From NCBI GenBank assembly GCA_963575745.1, contig CAUYUJ010000001.1, positions 806,001 through 870,000 of the forward strand: 64,000 nt of DNA, written 5' to 3'. Source of the stretch: Prorocentrum cordatum (taxonomy: Eukaryota). This document shows positions 12,492 to 25,260 of the stretch, piece by piece. The number at the start of each line of letters is the position of its first letter. Position 1 is the first letter of the stretch. Both the position numbers and the translations under genes were made by a program. Under the pieces are notes generated by a model. The model saw nothing but the letters and a program-made list of their open reading frames with translations. It searched no databases and was not told where the DNA came from.

Positions 12492-12939
12492 CCCCCTCGG
12501 CGCGATGAGGGGGCGGGGCCGACCAGGCCGATAACAGGATTCTGCCAGATCCTGTGGCTGGAATCCTCCATGGGCGCATTGTCACGGATTCCGCCGGCAC
12601 TTTGTTGCGCCACCTTCCAGCCTCCAGCCAACGGACAGCATGCCATCGGCCGCGCGGCGGGGGCACGAGGCCGACGTGGCCTCGGGCGTCGACATCGCGC
12701 TGGCGCCAGCGAGCGTTAAAATTTTGACGCTGCACCAGGCGGCGCCGCTGACACCGCTACGACAGCTCACTGCCGACCTCGGCACGACGTTGCCGTCGAC
12801 GCCGACACTGTCACGACAGACCGATGCCGACGCTCATGCGGCATCCATGTCGCCGCCGCCGCCGTCACGACAGTTCGGCGCTGGCACCGTTCCGACACCA
12901 GCCCCAGCCTCATCGTGTGAGGGGGGCAGCGGCTTTGAA

Positions 12940-15900
12940 CGGCAACGTCGGCCCGGTGATAGCCTCGGCGAACGTCCAGACTCTGAAGCCGCACCAGGAG
13001 GAGAGGAGCTACGCACGGAACAGCATCGACCCGCTCCTGGACAAGGTCGAGGCGCTGGAGTCGCAGTTCGACTCCCATGGGCACGACATCGCGGGCGTCC
13101 AAGAGGGCCGTTCGAAGAGCGAGGGCGTCTTCAACGGCCTGCGCTACCGTCAGTACGCGGCGACCGCCACCAACGATGGCGCCCTTGGCGCGCAGCTGTG
13201 GGTTCATCGACGCGTCCGCGGCCATGCGCTACACTGGACAGCCCTTACACCTCGTCTGCTGTTCGCTGCCTTCGGCGTGCGAACGGCGAGGCGCTGGCGC
13301 CGCTCGTCGTGCGCGTCCCGCCCTCTCTCGCCGACGAGGCCGCGCGTGGCGCGTTCTGGGGCGAGCCGGCCAGCACCTCGCACGGGCTGAAGGAGCGCCA
13401 CGCCCGAGCCCCCCTGCGCGCGGCCGTTGACGCCGACGGACGCCTGGGCTCTGCGCCGCCTCGCCACATCGGCCGCGAGGACGTCGCCCACGAGGGTGAG
13501 AACGGGGCGCGCCTGCGCCTGTACCTCGACGAGTTCGACTTGGCCGTCGTGAGCACGCTCTGGCCGAGTTGCCCGACATGGTGCTCGACACACGGCAAGT
13601 GGCACCGCATTGACTACGTACTCAGTGACTCGCTTGGGCGGGCCGCTGCCCGCCGCGTGGACCTCGACGTGGACCTGGCGCCCAACGCGCACGAGGACCA
13701 CCGCTCCGCCGTCGCGCAGGAGCGCGTCCGCGCTGCCCCGCAGCATCGACGCCCCCAGGCCCGTCGGCCCCTCAGCGCGAACAAGGCGAAGCTGAGCGAC
13801 CCTGGGGCGCGCGTGACACTCCAGCAGCTGGCGCGGGCCTTCGAACGCCCCGAGAGGGCACGGGCTGCGGGCAGCACCGCGCCCCCGGCGGCGCGGGGCG
13901 TGATCGCCCCGCGCCGTCGGAGCATGCACTCTGCCCACCTGGCCGCCCAGCCGCCCCACCTCTGCCGGGCCTTTCGCGCCCGGCAGGCGGCCGCGATGCG
14001 CGGCCAGCGGCGCGGGCGCCACGCGCGCGACGGATGGTTCGAGGCGGGCGACGCCGTGGACTGCACGCGGGCGAGCCCGGCCACCATTCTCTTCGCGCCC
14101 GCGCGGGCACAGGGCCCAGCGCCGTCTGGGGCGCCGACGGCCAGCTCACCGCCAGCGCCGACGCCGCGCTGCAGCGCTGATACGAGCATTACAACGGCGT
14201 GCACAGCGGCGTCGAGATGCCACGCGATGCTGCCGCGCGCCCGCCAGCGCCCCAGCCTCCCGAGCTGGGCCTCGACGCGGGCCCCGTCGCCACCGAGGTC
14301 GCTTTCGGCCTCCCTGGGCGCAACAAGGGCGTGGGCCCCGACCGCGTCGCCGGCGAAGTGCTGTGCGCTGGAGGCGGGGCCGTCGCGGCCAAGCGCGGCG
14401 AGTTGAACTTGGCTGTCGCCGCCTCGGGCCAGCGACCGCTCGAGCGGCAGGGTGGCGACAATGTCGGCGCCTGGAAGCGGAAGGGCGACGCCCGTTCGCG
14501 CGACGCGTTGCGGGGGCTGTTGTTCAGCGACCATGCCTCCAGGCGGGAGGCCCCGATGACCTCCACCATGCTCCTCCGCGCCCTCCACGCGGGCGCCTGG
14601 TTCCGCGCGTCGGGCGGAGAGCGTCGCTTCGGGCCCAGGACGGGCGGGCGCCAGGGCTGCAAGGTCGGCCTCCTCATCTTCAACAACGCGCACTCCGTTC
14701 CCCTCGACATCATCCAGCGGCGGATCCAGCGGGCGGGCTCTGAAGCTCCGCGCGCAGAGCGGGGCGTCCCGGCTGCCGCGGGACGACGCCAACGACGACA
14801 TTCAGCACGTGCTCGACGTCACCTTCGTCGATGACGAGTGCGCCGCGCGAGCCGCGCCTGGTGCGCAGACCCTTCGGGCCGCCGTCGACATCCCGATGGA
14901 GACGCTGACGGGCGTCTTCGCCAACTGCCCTGCAGCTGAGCTGGGAGGCCGGCAAGACGAAGCTCCAGGGCCATGGAGCGGTTGCCGCCCGCGAGACTTT
15001 CCGCCTCCCAAACGGCCAGCTGGGCATGCCGCTCGCGAAGTTCGGACACCTGGTCGTCCTCCGCTTCGTTCGCGAGCACAAGCACCTCGGCTTGCACATC
15101 GACCACGAGGGCGTGGCGACCACCGACATATCTGCCCACGCCCGCAACGCTTTGGCTGCGCACGCTCCTCTGGCACGCAAGCTCTTCGGCTCGAGTCTCG
15201 CGGGCCAGGCGCGCCGTTCTTCGGGGCGCTCGTGGCGTCGAGGGTGCTGCGCAACATGTACATATTCGTGCTGTCGCCTCGAGCTGCCCGGAAGCTGAAT
15301 GGCGCGCGGACGCGAGGCCTGGGTCGCATCGCAGGCCAGATGCGTTTCTCGAGCGATGTGGAGGCGTCTGATCTGAGCGTTCGCCTTTCCCTCGCCATGC
15401 CGTCGATTGACTGCTTGTTGACTGTAGCTAGACAGCAGTACTATGGCCGCGTTGGGCGCGAGCGCCCTCGTCATGAAATCGCCGCATTGCACGCTCTCCC
15501 GCGCGGCCATCCTACACCTTGGGTGGCGGCCGTGCGTCGCGACGTCATCATGATCAAGGCCTTAGGCGTTTTCTCCGACCGCCTTGACTTCGACGCTGGA
15601 GCCGAGGAGTGGGTCGCCAGGATGGCCCACAAGCCGGCTTGGAAGCGAGAAGTAGGCCGAATCTGTTTTTTCGGACTCGTCGCGCGATCGCGTCCTGGCC
15701 GCCGCCGGGTGAGCGGTGTCTTGAGCTCTGTCCTTTCGCTGCCCATCTTGCCCGTGCGCGCATGCCACGCAGAGAGCGCTGGATTCGCGCGTGCGCGCGA
15801 AGCACGGCGTCCGATTTCCTTGCAGGGAGCGGGTGCGGTCTTTCACGTGCCCGTGCTGCTGCGTCGAGTTTCGCACGAGGGTGCGGCTGCTGAGCCACCT

Positions 15901-16099
15901 CGGCGACAAGTGGCGTCCGAGGTGTGGGGGGTTCGTTCTGAAGTACTGCCCTCGCTTGCCTCCTGCCACCGTGGCTGAGCTAGACGCCCAGGACAGAGCT
16001 GAGAGGATGTCTGCACAGCGTGCAGGCCGAAAGCAGGTGCTAGCCGTTGAGCCCGCCCTCCGCGCTGACGGAATACCCGTCGGTGCGCCGCCGAGCTAA
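12940..16099 (+). pseudogene. LINE-A ORF2: APE endonuclease, reverse transcriptase and C-terminal zinc finger; multiple frameshifts and an internal deletion
   Basis: APE: IASANVQTL, DIAGVQEGR, VDADGRLG, GENGARL, PTW...HRIDYVL, DHRSAV. RT: KGVGPDRVAGE, WKRKGD...RGLLFSDHA, GGRQGCKVGLLIFN, TFVDDE (14824-14835), EHKHLG. C-term: CPCCCVEFRTRVRLLSHL. Stop at 16099. Confidence 0.88.
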
Positions 16100-17152
16100 G
16101 CTGTGCGCCGCGGCGTGTACAATCAAGTTTGAGTTTGCCAATTTTTGAGGAGATATATACATACATCTATATATATATAGAAGCTAGTCAGGGGACTGGC
16201 GGATCCTGAGTCGGCCGCGCGTTGTGGCCTCTTGTGGCCTTCCGTTGCTTCGCGTATTTCTCTTTAGAAAGTAGAAGGTCGATAACCGTATCCGGAATCG
16301 ATCGGGCGACGTGGCTTCCCGTGGTCTCTTATTGCCCTCCCTATCGTTCTGCCTCTATCCCGATTCCGTTTGCCGTTATCCTCTACCCCCATCCCTGTAT
16401 CCTTGCCCTCGTATTCCTACCTCTGTATCTCTAGCTCCCAGCCCCATACCCTTCTCCTGATCCCCCCATCGTGGCCCCCCACCGTGCCCCACCATCACGA
16501 CCCCTTCTCGTGACGTTCCCTCGTGGCCTTCCCTCGTGGTCCCCAACGTAATTGCGTAATGCTGTCTAGGATGTCTTTCGCACGGGTTCGCAAGGGTGCC
16601 ATGTGTCTTCATGGGCATGCGCATTCTCGCTACCACGGCTGGACCCGCTCTGAACTTCTGGCCACAACCCTTTCCACGAGAGGTCTGGGGCTAGATTTGA
16701 CACCGACGAGGACGAAGACGATGTGAAAGTCCAGAGAAGGGGGGGGGGCCGAGGAAGAGGAGGAGAAGGAGGAGGAGGAGGAGGAAAAGGACAGCGAGGG
16801 GGTGGTGGAGGACGGAGCGAAGAACAAGGAGGATGAAGACGGGAGGAGGGAGGGGTTGATGGAGGGGGGCGAGGGCTGGGGGGGAGGGGTACACAGGGGA
16901 GGCACGTCGAATTCGGTTCTGCTCTGAGCGTTACCCCGCGATGCAGTTGCGCGTGCTGGGGCACGCGCCTAGGGGACTCGCCTGGCCATTCGCTACGCCG
17001 CTACAGTGCATTATTGCTCTCTCGGAGGCGGCAAAAAGTAGCGTACCCCAGAACAGACATACTTTGGAGGGGGACCTTCGTGACCCACCTCGGGACACCT
17101 ATGGGCTAGATGGTCGTTTGGGGGTCTTCCTGGCGGCCACCGATCGGATCTG

Positions 17153-17260
17153 TTCGACTCTAGTTCGAATCCAGTTCGACTCTAGTTCGGCTTTAGCTCG
17201 GCTCATGTTCAACTCAAGGTCCACTCAAGTCGACGCACGGTCGACGCAGCTTCGACGCAT
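17153..17260. repeat. Short ~10-11 bp minisatellite (GTTCGACTCTA-like)
   Basis: gttcgactcta gttcgaatcca gttcgactcta gttcggcttta..., decaying to the right. Confidence 0.7.
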
Positions 17261-17742
17261 GATTGTAGCGAGTGGTTCCAGGAAGGTCCCCAGAACGAGA
17301 ATCTAACACGGGGCCAGGTCTCGGCGCGTGCCGTGGCTGGAGTCGTGGCCCCTGTGACGCCTCACTGGGGGTGCGTACGTCGGCGATTGGCGATCGATCC
17401 ATAACTCGTGCTGCTGCCCCCCACTCTGGGCGCCAGGAGGAGCAAGGATGGACGCAAAAACGTTGCTCCGGATGCCAGAACGTCACCCATGCCGCCGCTC
17501 TGGCCACCCCGAAAACCACCCCGACCCCAATACTTGGCGTTTACTCAGCTCCCCTTGGCGTTTACTGAACAGCACCGCCCTGTTCGATTCGTTCCTGGGG
17601 TGCGTTTACTAGACGTCTTCGCTTGTCGGGGTGCTTATTCTGGGGGTGGATGTTCTGCTCTCTGTCTCTGTCTTCGTCATTCCCGGGAGACGCGTGGCCA
17701 ATCCCAGCTCCTGCCCCCCCATTCTCAGGCGATCGCAAAAAT

Positions 17743-19075
17743 GGATCAAGGGGGCGTGGATTAGCGACGGGCCCCGTTCCCATTGGAAATCGCGGATCCC
17801 CGCCGCCGAGCGAGGCGGCACCGGCCGCCTTTTGGGGAGGGCACCTCCCCCGATCCATGGATTGCGAAGGCCTTACGGCTGGTGCCGCCGACCCTGAGAA
17901 CGACGAAGATGAAAACGAGGGGGTGGACAGGGGGAGGAGGATGAGTGGGAGGTGGAGGAAGGGTGGAGGAGGTGGATGAGGGAGGAGGAGGGGGGAGAAG
18001 CATGTTGAGGAGGAGAAGCAAGAGGAGGAGAAGGAGGCAGAGGAGAGCAGGAGGAGGGGGAGCAGAGGGGGGGAGAGGAAGAGGAGGAGGAGGAGGAGGA
18101 GGAAGAGAAGGAAGAGGAGGAAGCCAGAGGCTTTCTTGGGGCAGCCTGGGGCTCTCTTGAGGCCGTCTTGGGCCGTCCAGGGCTCCTCTTGCGCCGTCTC
18201 GAGGCACTCTTGGAGGCCTCCTGGGCAATTTGGGGCTACCCTGGGCTGTCTTGGGGCAGTTTGGGGGCGCCTTGGGAGCCTCTTGGGGCCCCTTGGGGCT
18301 TCTTCGGGGCCTCTTGGGGGCCTCTTGGGTTTGAGAGCTCGATGTCCGTTCGGGTCCCCCGTCTGGGCTCTCTCCTGGAGCCGTCTTGGGGGCCTCTTGG
18401 AGGCGTCTTTGGCCGTCTTGGGGCCCTCTTCGGCCGTTAGGGGGCCCTCTTGGTGGCCTCTTGGGCCGTCTCGGGGAGATCTTGGGGGCCTCTTGGGCCG
18501 TCTTGGCGCGTCGGGAAGCGGAAGAGGCAAGAACGCCAAAAAATGTTAAACACGTATGGGAAATTCATGAATTTTGCCTCTTGGGGCTCTCGTGGGAAAG
18601 CTCCTGGAGGCCTCTTGGGGCACTATGCAGGCCTCTGGGGCCGTCTAGAGGCCGTCAAGGCGTCTTGGAAAGATCGTTCGGCGATTCGGGGTTCTCTTGG
18701 ACTGTCTTTGGGGCCTCTTGGAGCACTCTTGGCCCGTCTTGGGGCTCTTTTGGGCTCCGGGACTCCCAGGGGGGGCGTCGTATCTGACGACAGAGACGAC
18801 GATCAACGAATGACAGAGATGACGACTTGAACGGACAAGCCCCTTCACACACGCCGACAGGGTCGGCGGATTTGGCGACCGCACGCCAAATCCACGGATC
18901 GGTAATCCATGTTTGCGCGCCCCCGGGTCGTGTCTTCGTGACTGTCTCAATACGTCGGGCGGGCCCACGACCAGGCATAGAGGGCGCTCCGAGACGCTCC
19001 AGGAGAGTTCTGGAGCGCACCGGAGGGCCCGATGCGTCCCCCATGGCCACCTCTGGATCTCAGAGACCCCCCGGA
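17743..19075 (+). repeat. Copy of the ~300-bp dispersed repeat at 38636-38930, split by a ~1-kb insertion
   Basis: 17743-17863 matches 38636-38755 (GGATCAAGGGGGCGTG...CGATCCATGGATT). 18868-19075 matches 38751-38930 (GGATTTGGCGACCGC...CCCGATGCGTCC). Confidence 0.85.
17864..18871 (+). mobile_element. Non-autonomous element, copy 1: asymmetric inverted repeats, 3' hairpin, GGCGGAT end (Helentron/HINE-like)
   Basis: 5' subterminal CCGCCGACCCTG (17885-17896) is the reverse complement of CAGGGTCGGCGG (18858-18869). Hairpin CGCCGAC-AGG-GTCGGCG at 18852-18868. Body of GGCCTCTTGGG repeats. Boundaries are fixed by the uninterrupted host repeat at 38636-38930. Confidence 0.7.
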
Positions 19076-20737
19076 GATCCGGATCGCTGATCCGTGCATT
19101 GCGCGCCCCCTCCCCCTCTCGCGCCCCGCTGCCGTGCGCGGCAGGGAGCTCGGGCCGCCTCTCGGCGCGGCGGCCGCGCACGCGCGGGCGCGGGCGTCTC
19201 GGGGTCGAGCACCCTGCCCCCTGGGCCCGCGTCGAGGCCCCAAGACGGGGCCCCAAGAAGGATGCGTGCGGGCATCTTCCAGGGATGGACGCCCGACACT
19301 GGTGCACACCTGTGGTTGGAAGTAGGTATTTTTGGATCCCCGGAGGTCGTAATCTGCCTCTAGCGCCTTCCTACGTCAAGAGTCGACCTGCGTTTGTTGC
19401 GTTCTTGTTATTCTCCGGGCGGGCCCGCACCCAATGTACCTGATCCGCCTTCCTACGTCATGTTATTACCTACTTGTTCCGACGGACGTGTACATATGTT
19501 TCTGTCCTAGGTCAGGCCGTACTGGTAAAACACATGTTGCTTGTCGCAAGTCTCGGTTCGACTGGTCCCACGATCCGCCGAGAGCGGAGCTCGTTCAACA
19601 CTGTACTAATCACTCGGTGTCGGAAATTTTGGCCCAAGTCCCCAAGGAACGATGCTGCCGCATCCGCTTCTCTAAGCCGTGTGCTCGCGCGCTTGGGAGT
19701 CGAGCGGATGATGGGTGCGGGTACGTGCAGACAGGGCGCTGAAGTTAGGACCACGTTGGGCCTCGGGATCCGGAGTGGACCCGGCCTTCGGACGGTTCTG
19801 CCTGTCCAGGTCGGAGAGCTTGACCGAGGCCCGTCGCGGCCAGAGAGCCCCTTCGCTCCTCGCTCGGCACTCCCCATGGCATCACGATGGCCGTATGGTT
19901 TGGCAGAGCTGGCGTGTGTCCTCCCCTAGGCGTCTTGTCCTTTTTCCCCCCCCCCCGCTCTCGTCCCCCCTCCCCCTCCAATCCCTCCTCCTGCTGCTGC
20001 CCCTGCTGCTCTTGGACCTGGACTCTGCCCCTGCTACTCTTGGGCCTGGACTCCGCCCTTTTGCGTTCGGCCGCCCACGGGTCCCTTCTCTCTTCCAGGC
20101 GGCGCGCCGAGGGGGGAAGCGGGCGGGGCTTCTCAGAAGCCCTCGGGCCTTCTGGGGAGCCTTCCATGTCTCCGGCGAAAGCTCAGAAGGAATCTTTGTC
20201 TTGGGGTCCGCCCAGGGATGGCCTGCCCTTGTCGGCTGCGCGGGTCCGAAGGGGGTGCGCAGCACTGGTGCGCGCGGGCATGCGCGGGGCTGCCTAAAGC
20301 GAAAAGGTTAGCTCATCCGACGGCACCGCTCGCTCCCCCCCTTCGACCGGATAACGCAGGGCTACCGCCGAATTGAGCGTCGCGTAATGGGGGGGGCGAT
20401 GGATGGGGGGACAGCAAGGGCTGCAGAAAAGGAGCCCTGCAAGGCCTCTAAAGGGGCTCTTTAGGGCTCACAAGGGGGCCTTTTCGGGCCCGAGAGGTGT
20501 ACCTGCCTCCCTACCCCCACCCCCACCCACCTGTCGCCCCGCCACTGAGCCGAAGAATGACGCACAGCCTCCCGAGAGGAGGCCCGCCCTCCACGCCTTC
20601 CCGCGGGTACTCACGCCGATGCCGTCCAGGACGACCTGCATTACTGCGTGGCAGCTCTGCGGCGCGAGCGGGGCTCCCGAGGGCGGGGGCCCTGGCGGCA
20701 GCGCCGCGGCAAAAGGCCTGTGTTTCGTTGCCCTCCC

Positions 20738-21964
20738 CACTCCTCCTCCTCCTCCTCCTCCTCCTCCTCCTCCTCCTCCTCCTCCTCCTCCTCCTCCTCC
20801 TCCTCCTCCTCCTCCTCCACCCTTCTCACTCCTCCTTTCTCACTCCTTTCACCTCACTCCTCCTCCTCCTCCTTCTCCTCCTCCGCCTCCTCCGCCTCCT
20901 CGTCCTCCTATCGACGTGTACGTATTGTGACCGGCGGTCGAACGACGGTCATCGCTCTACGGACGAGCACGCGCCAACTTGTTGCCCTTTCCGTGGCGTT
21001 CCGCCTTACTGTGGAGAAGGCTTTCCTCTGTCACCCGCAGGCCGGCGATCAGTCCCTTGACCGTCACCCGTAGAGTGGCGATGATCCGCACTGCCGTTGA
21101 GCAGGTCCCTCGGCCACCTGTGGGCCAGCGATCAGTCCTGCTGGGGAGCCAAGCAACCGTCACCCCAACCATCACCCCTAGAGTGCCGATGAGCCCGCGT
21201 TGGAGCAGGGGCCCCTTGTCATCCCTCATGTGGAAGGGTGCCCAGCTGTGGGCTGGCTTCCCCCAGAAACCGCCAGGGTGGCGGTCGGCTATCCTGTGGA
21301 ACAGGTCCCTCTGCTCACCCCACAGCGGAGACTTCGGCGGCAGTGGAGGGGGTCCGCCCCGACCATCCATGGGGGGGTCGACCCGTGTCACCCCTGGGGT
21401 GGCGATCCGACTTGCAATGGCGCAGGTCTTCCCTTGTCAACCCCACGGTGGCGTCCTGGCCTGCTGCAGACCAGATCTCCATGCTGCCCTGCTGCGGAGC
21501 GGGCCCCCCCCCGTCATTTCTAGGATGGCGTTCCTCCCTGCGGTGCAGCAAGCCACCTTGCCGTGTGGCCCCCGGTGAGATGCCCTGGGCCCCCATACAA
21601 GGTTAGGGAACCAGCGTCTGACGCTATTCTGGGGGATGTCAGCCCATCCTCTGATGAGGTGGTGAAACGCGCATCATGACGTATCACTTGCACGGTAGGA
21701 GGCGATAGGGGCCACAGTGAAACACCCCCCGCAAAACCGAATGTGTCGAACAGGGGTGGTTGTCTCGGGGTATGTTGAACACGCATACCATCCACCAACA
21801 GGTGCCAGTGCCAACAACAGTCCTTGCACAGGCTCTGGGACCAGAAGGTTTATAATTCAACCTTCATGAACACCTCTACATTGTTATGCCTACCGTCAAG
21901 GACATTAGCACTACACTGAAATATTACTCCTCCTCTTCTCCTCCACCTCCTCCACCTCCTCCTC

Positions 21965-22028
<64 letters not shown>

Positions 22029-22320
22029 CTCCTCATCCTCCTCCTCCTCCTCCTCCTCCTCCTCCGTCCTCTTCCTGTGACGCTCGAGCTCCCGCTGCGC
22101 CACCAAAGCCAGCACTGCGGAATCACATATCCTGCTGCCTGCGGCAAGCCCCGCCACCGTGCCAGCCCAGCATTCTGGGTGACGACCTTTCAAGGGGGCA
22201 CGGGACGCCATGTGACACCTCGTTTTTCCAGGCTTGGGAGAGCCGTGCTGATGATGATGGCTGATCGATGATGGATGGTGGATGGTGGCTGTAGGTGATG
22301 GTGATGATGATGATGATGAC

Positions 22321-22391
<71 letters not shown>

Positions 22392-22600
22392 GTATGATGA
22401 TTATGATGATGCTGCTGATGATGTCGATGACGATGACGAAGCCGATGATGATGATGGTGATGATGGTAATAGTAATGATGACGATGATGATGACGATGAT
22501 GATGATTATGATGATGCTCATGATGCTGATGCTGATGATTATGATGATAATGATGATGGTAATGGCGATGTGATGGTGATGATGATGATGATGATGTCGT
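20738..22600. repeat. Microsatellite cluster: (CCT)n 20738-20900, (CCT)n 21926-22065, (GAT)n 22250-22600
   Basis: Directly visible trinucleotide tracts. Confidence 0.95.
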
Positions 22601-23185
22601 CGACAAAATGATTTGGGATGAGAGATGTCGGTCTCATGTTATTGATAGGGGCCCGATAGCCCACCCCGCCCAGGAACGCTGCGGTTTCGCCGATGCATCG
22701 TCGATGTGTCGTCGATGTATCGCCGATTCCAGCTCGAGGTTTCTCCCCGTGAGCCAGCCCCCCACCCAAAAAAAACATCGTGCCAGTCAGAGACGTGATC
22801 ATCATGTGCGCGTCTCCAGGTTGAGGCGCTTCGTTTCCCCTCGCGCCGCTGCTAATTGGCCCGATCGGAGACGATGTCCCCCGCTCCCACAACTAGCCGG
22901 AGGTTCCGAGAATGTCATCATAAAAGAGGACTTCGCGACAAAAAGCATGGCGACAACCCTCGGCTCATCTTTCTGCGGCATGGGGCGAGCCCAATATCGA
23001 CCCGCAAAGGGCCCTCGTGGACTGAGGAGGGGGCCGAGAACGCCGGTCCCGTTTCCTTCACGCCCAGATCTAGGAGAAGTTCAGGCAAGGATTTCAGATG
23101 TCCGCCGACATGATCATAATGAGGGGGCCGAATGGTCATTCGCTGTCCCTGGGCGCATAACTGAAGTGAGGTTCCGCGCTGCGGA

Positions 23186-23194
23186 TTGTTGCTG

Positions 23195-23226
<32 letters not shown>

Positions 23227-23585
23227 GGTGGTGGTGGTGGTGGTGGTGGTGGTGGTGGTGGTGGTGGTGGTGGTGGTGGTGGTGGTGGTGGTGGTGGTGG
23301 TGGTCGTGGTGGTCGTGGTGGTCGTGGTGGTGGTGTTGTTGTTGCGTTGTTTGTTCTCGCCGTCTGACCCGCGACCTGGCCCGCGACCCACCCGCGACCC
23401 ATCCCGCGACCCACCCGCGACCCATCCGCGACCCATCCCGCGACCCACCCCGCGAACCACCCGCGACCCACCCGCGACCCACCCGCCACCCCACCCGCCA
23501 CCCCACCCGCGACCCGACCGCGACCCACCCGCGACCCGGCCCGCAACCCACCCGCGACCCACCCGATCCACCCGCGATCCACCCA
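23186..23585. repeat. (GTT)/(GGT)n microsatellite followed by a ~12-bp CCCGCGACCCAC minisatellite
   Basis: (GGT)n at 23211-23335; CCCGCGACCCA(C/T) units at 23368-23585. Confidence 0.92.
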
Positions 23586-24461
23586 CATTGTTTGAACGAG
23601 AAATCGGCGCCGGCGCCGGGCCTGCTGTATAATCTTAAACAGAAAATAAACGCTTGCGGCTGGCTTTTTCAGAGCCTCGCAGGCCGCCGAGTCCTCGCCG
23701 CCACTTCACTCTTATCCGCAATTGCGGTGTGCTACGTAGCAATGACATGCCAGAGTGAGGGGCGCAGCAGCGTGTTACTGCTCAAGAACCACGAAGCCTG
23801 CGGTCCAGAACGAAGGAGTGACATGCTGACGAGCTCGCAACGGCGGCGTGCCATTGATCATCTTGTCCCTCCCGACTTTGTCAATCCGCAGGCCCCGAAG
23901 GCCACGGCCCCTTGACCGGGGGGCGGCTCTTCTCCCCAGATCTCTTCTTGATGGCCCCCAGGGGGCCAAGAGGCCGAAGCATTGAGAAAGAGCGGCGGGA
24001 CTTGAAGATCGAGCCCGCCCGAAGGCCATGAGCGACGGAAGGGAACGGAGTCGACAGCGCCGACATTCGCGCGTAAGCAAGGTCGCGTGTGAGCGCCTTC
24101 GTTTCCAACGTAGCCTGCCGCGCTGGCGGCCCGCAGAAGACCCTCTCGCTGCCCAAATGGGATCCGAGTGGATGGGCTCGGAGGGTCGCGCCGCACCGCC
24201 GATGCCTCGGCGATGCGGCTCGTTTTGGAGCCCGATGTACTGCGCGCCGACGGCGCCGATGCGTCGATGACGTCGCCGATGCGTCGCCGATGCATCGGCG
24301 ATGCGGCGCGATCCTCCGACGGCCTCCGCGGCGCGGCGGCCACCAGCGCCGCGGGAGCCGGCGCGCCCCGCAGGCCATCGAGCGGCAGACGGGGGGCGGC
24401 TGCACGGCGGCGGCGCAGAAGCTGTGCGGCCGCGCGGGGGGGGCGATTCGGCCACGACGTG

Positions 24462-24464
<3 letters not shown>

Positions 24465-24531
<67 letters not shown>

Positions 24532-24538
24532 GCGGCGA

Positions 24539-24570
<32 letters not shown>

Positions 24571-24598
24571 GCGGCGGCGGCGGTGGCGACGATGACGA

Positions 24599-24633
<35 letters not shown>

Positions 24634-25260
24634 ATGCCTTCATCAACGACGTTGGCGACGACAGCAGCGGCGGCGGCGACGACGACGACGACGACGCCGC
24701 CGCCGACGACGCGACGTTTCGGCGGTTCATAGATGGGGCCCTGAGGGATGGGGCCCCCAAGGGCGAGGGGCTCAAGCAGTGTAAATTCAGTTTGGGGTCC
24801 CTTCTATGCTCGGTGTCCCATCCCTCGCAGGGAAGCACCTCTGAACCGTCACACGGTGGCAGCCGCCGCGAGCTCGGCTTCGTGAGGTGCCGCGAGTCAG
24901 CCGAGGTTTCGCCGAGGTGGGTCAGCCGAGGTTTCGTCTGGTGCCCGCCCGTGGGCGTCTCGTGGACGCCTCGTGCGCTGGGCGGCCACATAGCTTACAC
25001 CACACTGCTCGCACCACACAGCTTACACTACACGGCTTGCACCGCATACCTTAAGCCACATAGTTCGCACCACAAAGTTTGTACGACGGAGTTGGCACCA
25101 CGCACCGCGTAGTTTACATCACATAGCTTGCACCACACACCTGACACCACGTAGCTTACACCACATACATTGCACCGCATAACTTACTTCGCATAGCTTG
25201 CACCACAAAGCTTGCACCGCATGGCTTGCACCGCATATCTTACACCGCACCGATTGCGCC
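24465..25260. repeat. (GAC/GGC)n tract (24465-24710) and AGCTTGCACCACA-like minisatellite (24990-25260)
   Basis: Visible tracts; a similar TTGCACCAC unit occurs at 3945-4075. Confidence 0.8.

Larger units (their letters stand above)
11237..16150 (+). mobile_element. LINE-A: decayed APE-RT non-LTR retrotransposon with SL head, flanked by (TA)n-like tracts
   Basis: SL relic, ORF1-like region, APE motifs, RT motifs and a C-terminal zinc finger occur in order on + across several frames. TA-rich flanks at 11212-11235 and 16153-16179. Confidence 0.88.
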
